In this document: positions 44,771 to 52,054 of the stretch, piece by piece
Position numbering within the stretch: position 1 is the stretch's first letter
Layout of the letters: every line of letters starts with the position of its first letter
NCBI GenBank assembly: GCA_965248535.1
Contig: CBDFJR010000005.1
Location: forward strand, 1,952,001-2,016,000
Length of the DNA stretch: 64,000 nucleotides
Direction of reading: 5' to 3'
Source: Phormidesmis sp.
GTDB taxonomy: Bacteria; Cyanobacteriota; Cyanobacteriia; Leptolyngbyales; Leptolyngbyaceae
Program-made: the position numbers and the translations under genes
Notes under the pieces: model-generated
Seen by the model: only the letters and a program-made list of their open reading frames with translations
What the model was told of the DNA's origin: nothing
Databases searched by the model: none

Positions 44771-46045
44771 ATCCTCGATTTCGGATCACTTGTCCGGCTG
44801 CCACATCCCGGTTCGTAGTGTAGCCACACTCTTGGCAGTGATGCACTCTTTCACTTAACTCTTTTTTGCCCGTGTGCGCCTCGCAGTTCGGGCAAGTCTG
44901 ACTCGTGCCGTTCGGATTCACCTTGCCAAAAGGCACCGACCGCTTCCAGCACACCCAGGGAAGTATTTGATTCAGGAATTGACCAAATCCAGCATCAAGC
45001 GTGTGCTTGCCCAGCATTCCTTTTGCCATAATTCGGAAGTCCAAATCCTCAACAAAAATCATGCCTGCCTGGTCGCACAAGTGATGAGCCTGCTTAAAGT
45101 GAAAGTCTTTGCGCGTGTCCGCAATCCGTTCATGCACTCTGGCGATTTTCTGGTTAAGTTTGCGCCGATTGTTCGAGCCTAATGTCTTGCGTTTCAGTCT
45201 GCGTTGCAGCAATTCCAACTGGCGGTGCAGTGATTTGAAGAACTTAGGACGCGGCACTAACTCTCCGTCTGAGGTGGCAAAGAATGACTCCAACCCGACA
45301 TCTACACCCACGGGATGACCGTGAATCGGTGCATCAGGAATCGTGACATCTGCCTGTAAAGACAGCATCACAAAGTAGCCTGATGCTCGTTTGACAATTC
45401 GAGCCTGCTTAATCTCAAACCCATCAGGAATGGGACGCGATAACCGCAACTTGACAACGCCCAGTTGCGGCAATTTAACGGTGTCTCCCACCATTGGAGT
45501 TTTGAGCATTTGTGGAAACACGAATGAGCGTTGTCTGCTCCATTTCTTGAATCTGGGAAAGCCTAACCCTCTCGTTTTCATGTCCTCAAACGCTCTATCC
45601 AGTGTCCTTAAAACTTGCTGCAACACTTGAGCATTGACGCTTCCCAGTTCAGGATTGGTCGTCTTCGCCTGAGTTAGTGATTTAGCTTGTTTGTGGTAAT
45701 TGGGATAAGGAGCATCAGGAGCCATGATGTATTCGGCCACGAGTGAGCAAGCATTGATGGAGCACTTACGGGAAGCACTCCAGTCTTTGCGTTCTCTCAA
45801 AGCAAAGTTCCACACCTGGCGGCAAACCTCTAACACATGGTCAATGAGGACTGTCTGTTCGGGCGTGGGAATCAGCTTGTACTCGTAGGTGAAGGTGATC
45901 ATGGCGCAATATTAGCATATCTACACTCAGCTATTATCTGTGTAGATATCTGAGAGATTGACGGTTTCCGTGCCTTCAACCGTCCGCCTATCCCCCATAC
46001 GACTAAACGGAGTACCGTTATAGTCGCAGTGCTCCGGCGTTCTTG
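44616..46045 (-). mobile_element. IS200/IS605-family element, TnpB only (IS1341-like, no tnpA)
   Basis: Right end GAAT-hairpin-GAGGATGTCAA; left end CTAT|CAAGAAC...AGCA then hairpin 46000-46026; single tnpB ORF. Confidence 0.8.
44667..45902 (-). CDS. tnpB: RNA-guided endonuclease TnpB
   Basis: YEYKLIPTPEQ, GFPRFK, RuvC D (VGVDVG), E (FVEDL), D (NRDVAA), zinc ribbon CPNC/CQEC. Confidence 0.95.
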   Translation of the reverse strand: MITFTYEYKLIPTPEQTVLIDHVLEVCRQVWNFALRERKDWSASRKCSINACSLVAEYIMAPDAPYPNYHKQAKSLTQAKTTNPELGSVNAQVLQQVLRTLDRAFEDMKTRGLGFPRFKKWSRQRSFVFPQMLKTPMVGDTVKLPQLGVVKLRLSRPIPDGFEIKQARIVKRASGYFVMLSLQADVTIPDAPIHGHPVGVDVGLESFFATSDGELVPRPKFFKSLHRQLELLQRRLKRKTLGSNNRRKLNQKIARVHERIADTRKDFHFKQAHHLCDQAGMIFVEDLDFRIMAKGMLGKHTLDAGFGQFLNQILPWVCWKRSVPFGKVNPNGTSQTCPNCEAHTGKKELSERVHHCQECGYTTNRDVAAGQVIRNRGLSAVGHTVEETVCGGVLAGAAMPSQVLVKQKPKS

Positions 46046-46117
46046 ATAGGGTTGAAACTTTCTGATTGCAGGTTAAAGCTGCATACTTAAACGACACTTC
46101 ACTTTTCTCAAAGTCTA

Positions 46118-48976
46118 TCAGATTGACTTCATAGATTTATAAGCTGGCCGCCGAGTGGGAATCTCAATCACAAACTCCGCGCCTTCGCCCGGCTGCGATT
46201 GACACCACAATTTACCCCCATGTTTTTCAATAATTTGATAACTGATGGATAACCCTAATCCAGTGCCTTGACCAATAGGTTTTGTGGTGAAAAACGGGTC
46301 AAAAAGCTTTGATTTAACATCTTCACTAATGCCCACTCCTGTGTCTTTAACAGAAATTTGTATCCAGTCATCATTAATTTTTTTAGTTAGGAGAGTAATC
46401 ATTCTTTTGAACTCTGAATTTGATGTTAGCGAGCGATCGTGCTGTTCTTGAATGGCATCGATTGCATTCGTAATTAGGTTCATCAAAACTTGATTGAGTT
46501 GACTTGCAAAACACTCGACTAAGGGTAACTCACTATATTGTTTTAAAATCGTGATCTCGTCATAGTTAGCGTTGGCTTTAGTTCGATGCTGCAAAATCAT
46601 CAAGGCGCTATCAATGCCTTCATGAATGTTGACTGACTTGATTTCTGATTGATCGAGACGAGAGAAATTTTGCAGTGACAGAACGATTTCGCGAATCCGA
46701 TCGGCCCCCACGGTTAACGAAGAAAACAACTGCGGTAAGTCTTTGAGCACAAAGTCTAAATCTGCGGCAGCCGCTTGTTTAAGAATCACTTCAGGCGGTT
46801 CGAGACACTCATTTTGATAGAGTTGCAGAAGGGTTAACACCTGATTAATATAGCCTTTTAAGTGAGCCAGATTGCCATAGATAAAATTGATAGGATTGTT
46901 AATTTCATGGGCAACGCCTGCTACTAGTTGACCTAAGCTAGACATTTTTTCGCTTTGAATCAAATGGCTCTGAGTATGTTTTAGATAATCTAATGTTTCT
47001 GAAAGTTTTTGCGCTTGCTCACGAGTTTGATTGAGCAATGTCGCGTGCTGTAAGGCGATGCTTAACTGTTGACTAATCTGACTAATGAATTTGATTTCAG
47101 AGGGTTGCCAGTCTCGATAGCTTCGACACTGCTGGATGCACAACAAGCCCCAGAGATAATCTTGCCTAAACAACGGCACTACTAGATTTGCTTTGATTTC
47201 AAACTGCGCCAGCATCTTAAGATAACACTCGTCGTGCCCCCCTTCATTAACATTAGAAATGGCGTGAATCTCTCCCTGGCGATATTTTTGAACGAACCCT
47301 TCTGAGTTGCAAAGATCGGCAATTTCGACATCAAGGGTCACTGGAAACTCAGGTAAGACATCTTCGGCCATCACGGCTCCCCCTTCACACGCAGTCTCTG
47401 AATGGAAGCGATAAACTAGAACCCGATCGGCATCCAATATTTGTCTAATTTCAGTGGCAACGGCTTTAAAAATTACATCAATTTCTAGGGATTCTCTAAT
47501 CTTGGTGATGATTTTTGAAAGGGTTTTTTGCTGCTCAAAGGACTGATGCAATTCTCTATTAGACTGCTGAAGTTCTTCAGTGCGGGTTTGCACTTGCTGC
47601 TCTAAATTGACGTTGAGCAATCGCACTTGCTGGTGCAGTCGATATTGCTTAGTCGCATTGGCAAACCGCTCACCCAACGCCTGCGCTAGCTTAGTTTCGC
47701 CCGCCGTCCAGGGGTGGGCTTGCCCCGTTTTTAGCTGTCGCCATGTTTCAAATGACTGACGCGCCATCAGTTGACGAGTGTCGGGGTCATGACTGCCTGC
47801 CCAAAGAATCTCGGTGATTGCTTCGTCGCGACCAATGGTTAAACAGCCCAAAATCTCTGACCCCGATCGCAGCGGCACAATCATTAGCCCGCGGGTCTGA
47901 GTGTTTTGAAAATAAGGAGCTAACGTCCGAAATAGAGGTTCTTTATAAAGGTCGTTGATGACCCACAGATCGCAGTCTAAGCAGGAGTCTTGCGGCAGTT
48001 CTTTTAACTCATAGACTAATCTCATCCATTCGACAGACCAGGGTTTAACGCCGTCTGACAAACTATTTACTGCTGACCACAAATACTGGTTCCAGAGGTG
48101 ATTTTCTTCGATCAGGCGATTATGTTCGAGCCGTTTTGGTTGATTTCCCCAAAGATAGAGTTCGCTGCTTTGATCGCCCACCGCGAGTAAATATAGCCGC
48201 CCGCTAGAACCTTGCAAGGCAGAAACCGCTTCTTCGAGGGCAGATTGTAGTTGAACTGTAGGACTGGCGTGAAGCAGGGTGGTCACCTGGTTGATGACCG
48301 ATTGGTGCTGCACCTGTTGACGCACTTGAGTGAGCAAAATCGACTGCGCGATCGCCACTGACACCTGATCGACTACGGCCTGAATAAATTGCAGTTCTTC
48401 TTCGCTGACGCTGCGAGGGTCGGCATGATGGGACACCAGCAGACCCCATAACTGGGCAGATGTGCCGAGAGACGGGGGTTGATTGTTTCCGGTTTCGCGG
48501 CTTTCTAGCACGATCGGCACCACAACCGAAGACTTGACCCCCATGGCCGTCAAATATTCTACATGGCAGGGATCGACAGGTCGATAGCGCAGGTCTTGAG
48601 GCTCTGTGATCTCTCCAGTTTCGGGGCAGTTAAGCGGACTGATGCCGATTTTATGGCAGGTCAGATCGACGACCGATCGCTGCCGTGCCCGCACAAACAA
48701 CTCCCGCGCATAGGGCGGAATATCATCGGCTGGAAAATTTAAGCCCAGCAGAGAGGGTAGCCGATTATCTTGAATGGATTCAGCAATCACGACTCCGTGA
48801 GCATCGGGGCCAAACTGGTAGATTTTGACGCGATCGGTGCCCAGATACGATCGGACTTCTGCAACGGTTGCACTCAAGATCTCTTGCAGTTCGAGCGATT
48901 GCCGAATTCGATTAGCAATGCGTCGCAAAAGAATTTCTTGAGTTAACGTCGCATGTCCGTCTTGAGGGTGTTGCAT
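46118..48976 (-). CDS. Photosensory histidine kinase: knotless phytochrome GAF + PHY-like GAF + CBCR GAF + HisKA/HATPase
   Basis: GAF1 FPADDIP and VDPCHVEYL; tongue WAG...ARQSFETW; GAF3 DLCN...ECYL; AHEINNP; GTGLGL. Confidence 0.88.
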   Translation of the reverse strand: MQHPQDGHATLTQEILLRRIANRIRQSLELQEILSATVAEVRSYLGTDRVKIYQFGPDAHGVVIAESIQDNRLPSLLGLNFPADDIPPYARELFVRARQRSVVDLTCHKIGISPLNCPETGEITEPQDLRYRPVDPCHVEYLTAMGVKSSVVVPIVLESRETGNNQPPSLGTSAQLWGLLVSHHADPRSVSEEELQFIQAVVDQVSVAIAQSILLTQVRQQVQHQSVINQVTTLLHASPTVQLQSALEEAVSALQGSSGRLYLLAVGDQSSELYLWGNQPKRLEHNRLIEENHLWNQYLWSAVNSLSDGVKPWSVEWMRLVYELKELPQDSCLDCDLWVINDLYKEPLFRTLAPYFQNTQTRGLMIVPLRSGSEILGCLTIGRDEAITEILWAGSHDPDTRQLMARQSFETWRQLKTGQAHPWTAGETKLAQALGERFANATKQYRLHQQVRLLNVNLEQQVQTRTEELQQSNRELHQSFEQQKTLSKIITKIRESLEIDVIFKAVATEIRQILDADRVLVYRFHSETACEGGAVMAEDVLPEFPVTLDVEIADLCNSEGFVQKYRQGEIHAISNVNEGGHDECYLKMLAQFEIKANLVVPLFRQDYLWGLLCIQQCRSYRDWQPSEIKFISQISQQLSIALQHATLLNQTREQAQKLSETLDYLKHTQSHLIQSEKMSSLGQLVAGVAHEINNPINFIYGNLAHLKGYINQVLTLLQLYQNECLEPPEVILKQAAAADLDFVLKDLPQLFSSLTVGADRIREIVLSLQNFSRLDQSEIKSVNIHEGIDSALMILQHRTKANANYDEITILKQYSELPLVECFASQLNQVLMNLITNAIDAIQEQHDRSLTSNSEFKRMITLLTKKINDDWIQISVKDTGVGISEDVKSKLFDPFFTTKPIGQGTGLGLSISYQIIEKHGGKLWCQSQPGEGAEFVIEIPTRRPAYKSMKSI

Positions 48977-49103
48977 AGAGCCACTTCTAAAAAAGGACTT
49001 AGGAAGATTGACCTTAGCGTTCCCAAGAGTTTGAAATGACGCACCCTCAAGTCTCTGCGGGTCAGTCTGTCTAGCGAGTCTAGAAGTCTACACTGCCTAA
49101 AGA

Positions 49104-49233
49104 AATGTCAGTTCGACGAGTTTTTTCGCTTCGTTCTCAGCGGCTTGTGCCCCCTAAATTCCCCATAATGGGGAGATTTAGTGGGCTTCCCGAATTCATA
49201 ATCGGAGTGAATCACTTCTATCAAACTCACGTT
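49104..49233. mobile_element. 130-bp MITE with imperfect TIRs and a 5-bp TSD
   Basis: AATGTCAGTTCGA...TCAAACTCACGTT (10/13 inverted match); AAAGA at 49099-49103 and 49234-49238; internal hairpin. Confidence 0.7.
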
Positions 49234-49254
49234 AAAGAAACATGACGAATTTTC

Positions 49255-50619
49255 TCAAAAAGGGTAAAGAGACAAAAGATTTTGCCACCAGGGAAGCACC
49301 TGACCCTGAATCTGCGGAATTTTTTTGCGGATGTCTTGAATCTTCCAACCTGTGAGCCGGGCCAGGGTTTGGGCTTGTTGCTCAGAGCGTTGGCGCAGCG
49401 ATCGCTGATATTGCCCGCCTGCCGAGCATTTCATCTCGCCTGTAAACGCATGTCGCAACACAAATCGCCCCTGAAATGAATCGCGATTTGCAGTTTCTTG
49501 GAACATCAAATCTTCAGGAAATTTATCGCGAGTGTAGCGCACATGCAATCGAGTGATGAATACACTAGAATTCAACCCAGAACGCGGAATGCCAGGCGGA
49601 ACAAACGTGGAACTATCGCTAGGGTTATCTAACCAAAAAACGCCTGCTTGCTTTAATTCTTGGCGATCGAGGGGTTCGGCAGAGCAGGGGTCGCAGTTGC
49701 TCATATCCCAGGCATATTCTAGAAAGGCGGTGTTTTTGCCCTCGCGATCGTAGGCCGTTGTAAACGTTGATTTATAAAAATCGCTAAATTCATCTTTGAC
49801 AAAGAGCGGCACTTCAGCATCAGCAGGCATTTTGACGGTGCGATAGTTGGTCACTTCTGCCTGTCCTTTAGGCGACAAAATGTAGATCAGCAGATCTTGA
49901 GCGCTCTGAGCGTTGACCATGCCTAAGCGAATCGGCAGCATAAAGCGCGGCGACTCATAGGCAATCTGCAATGGGCGCAAGTTTTGAAACCCAGCTTTGT
50001 CGAACTCCGACAGGTTGACTTTAGCCACAAAAAACTTCAGCTTTTGACGAATGTATGGCTTTAATAGCTGCCGTGCCCCTGGCGGAATTTTGTAGCCATT
50101 TTCAATCAGCCAGGCTTCTAGCCCACCCGACTCCTTAGCCCCCAAAATCAGAATGTCATATTCACCCACTGTGAATTTAGCTTCGATCGTCACCCCTCGC
50201 GCCTCATTGCGGCTTGCCTGCCCAACGGCTGGGGCCGATGCGGCCATGGGAAGTGCGCGATCGTAGAGATATTGTGGCGCACAGGGGTCAGGGTCAAAAT
50301 ATTCGACGAGTCGCGGCGCACTGAAGGCATCCAATCGCTCAATGATTTTTGAGCTAGCAATCTGCACTTGTTCTTTTTTGAGAACGGTGGGGACTGGAAC
50401 CACGATCGCAAAGTCTTTGACCTCGCCCCGAAAGTCGTTTGCCATCGTCAACACGGTGCGTTTGCCATCACGAGCGATCGCCACTTGAGAAGCCTGGTTA
50501 TAAAGCTTAGCATCCGCTTTAGCCACATAAAAGCCACAGAATGCCCACGCCTTGGGTACAAAAATAAAGCAGCTTAGACATACGATTAAAGACGCGATGA
50601 GAATGCGAAAAGATTTCAT
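49255..50619 (-). CDS. DUF2330 family exported protein
   Basis: Signal peptide then AFCGFYVA, SAPRLVEYFD.DPC, FLEYAWD..CDPC, TRLHVRY. Confidence 0.78.
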   Translation of the reverse strand: MKSFRILIASLIVCLSCFIFVPKAWAFCGFYVAKADAKLYNQASQVAIARDGKRTVLTMANDFRGEVKDFAIVVPVPTVLKKEQVQIASSKIIERLDAFSAPRLVEYFDPDPCAPQYLYDRALPMAASAPAVGQASRNEARGVTIEAKFTVGEYDILILGAKESGGLEAWLIENGYKIPPGARQLLKPYIRQKLKFFVAKVNLSEFDKAGFQNLRPLQIAYESPRFMLPIRLGMVNAQSAQDLLIYILSPKGQAEVTNYRTVKMPADAEVPLFVKDEFSDFYKSTFTTAYDREGKNTAFLEYAWDMSNCDPCSAEPLDRQELKQAGVFWLDNPSDSSTFVPPGIPRSGLNSSVFITRLHVRYTRDKFPEDLMFQETANRDSFQGRFVLRHAFTGEMKCSAGGQYQRSLRQRSEQQAQTLARLTGWKIQDIRKKIPQIQGQVLPWWQNLLSLYPF

Positions 50620-50629
50620 AGAGAATCCT

Positions 50630-51487
50630 TTAGAGAGAACGATTTAATTCAAGAGTGATATCAGTTGAAGCATTCCAAGAAAACCGAGGCGCTGTCCAGA
50701 TCCAATCTAGCAAGATACTCAGAGGAGCCAACATAACCAACGCCCAGAGCACCGCCGTTGAAACAAAAAAATAATTGCGAAGAATAAAGGTGAGAAGCGC
50801 GATCGAGACTGCCCAAATCAATCGACCCATCCGCGCATTGGGAATCGTGCGCGGATCGGTGATCATAAACAGCGCAAATAACAGCAGCGAACCACTGGTG
50901 AGTCGATGCGCCCAAACATCCCAAGTCCAGCCTAGCCAGACGTTGCGAACTGCCTCTAACCCTGCGTAAGTTCCCAAAAACGCAACGGTCGTGTCCCAAC
51001 GTCCCACTTGTTTGAGCACGAGTCCGCCCGCGCTGAGAAACAGCAGAGCATACCAGCGTTCTTCGCCCCACTGACCCGGCGACACCCAAGCATCGGGGGT
51101 GATCAACAGCGCTGCAATAATGCCAAAATTAGCGGGGTTAAAAATGTGTTTGTCATTCACCCGCAGCACAAATTTGCTGAGAATCGCTGCGATACTCGCG
51201 AGGACGATCGTGCTGTAGTGATCCGCCCGCAGCAGCAAACTTAACCCCAACGAGGTAATTAATGCGCTCGGAATTGAATGACTAATGGATTTGAGAACGG
51301 AGGCGCGATCGGGCAATTCACCCTCTGCTCTCGTTGCCCATAACAGGATGGTTTGAGTCAACAAGCAAGTGGCGATCGTCGCTAAAATCATCCCCGCTTG
51401 CAGAGTCCAATCTCGCGTTCCTATGCCTAAAACGAGGAACAGAGATAGAAAGATAATCTGGTAAATTCGGGCATCTTGAGGAAACAT
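50630..51487 (-). CDS. Stand-alone RnfD/NqrB-like integral membrane protein
   Basis: DARIYQI, KHIFNPANFG, WVSPGQWG, FMITDPRT; multiple TM helices. Confidence 0.78.
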   Translation of the reverse strand: MFPQDARIYQIIFLSLFLVLGIGTRDWTLQAGMILATIATCLLTQTILLWATRAEGELPDRASVLKSISHSIPSALITSLGLSLLLRADHYSTIVLASIAAILSKFVLRVNDKHIFNPANFGIIAALLITPDAWVSPGQWGEERWYALLFLSAGGLVLKQVGRWDTTVAFLGTYAGLEAVRNVWLGWTWDVWAHRLTSGSLLLFALFMITDPRTIPNARMGRLIWAVSIALLTFILRNYFFVSTAVLWALVMLAPLSILLDWIWTAPRFSWNASTDITLELNRSL

Positions 51488-51576
51488 AGAAGCCGTGCCA
51501 CAACATGATCAGCATTATGCACGGGTGAGAAAAAATTTCAGCGATCGTTTCTCTTTTAGTAACGCTAGCGGAGTGC

Positions 51577-51934
51577 GGTAATGTTCCAGACGTGTTGTTG
51601 TGAGCTTGCAAATCTGGTGAATAGATGGGGCAATCCTTCAAGGCATTCCCTAGCATGGTACTAGAACCCATTCACTGCCCTAGTTGCGACAGAATCGATG
51701 TGATTCAGCATGGCAAAAGTCTGAATGTCAACGCAGCACGTTTATTCAAGATTATAGTTAGGTCGCCTCTGCTCCTCAAGTGAAGCAGCAGATCAGCGAC
51801 ATAGCAATTGGCACGCAAAACCATTTGCTTTTCCAAGTCGATAGGGATGCATGATGTAGTGATTGGACTGTTCATCAATCGAGTCATATTTGGACTCCCC
51901 ATCTAGACCCGAACAACACGTCTAGAACATTACC
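51577..51934 (+). mobile_element. Internally deleted IS1-family element (358 bp)
   Basis: IRL GGTAATGTTCCAGACGTGTTGTT and IRR (rc) GGTAATGTTCTAGACGTGTTGTT; InsA start MVLEPIHCPSCD...HGKS and InsB end LARKTICFSKS..MHDVVIGLFINR. Confidence 0.88.
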
Positions 51935-52054
51935 CAATCATCACTGAACGCTCTTCACAATCAGGACTGCTCTGGATTCTACGTTCTCTTCTCGATAGTT
52001 CCAACCCCTGCTACTCAATTGTTAAGAAACGTATGGGTTTGCCCTGCCCTGGGG

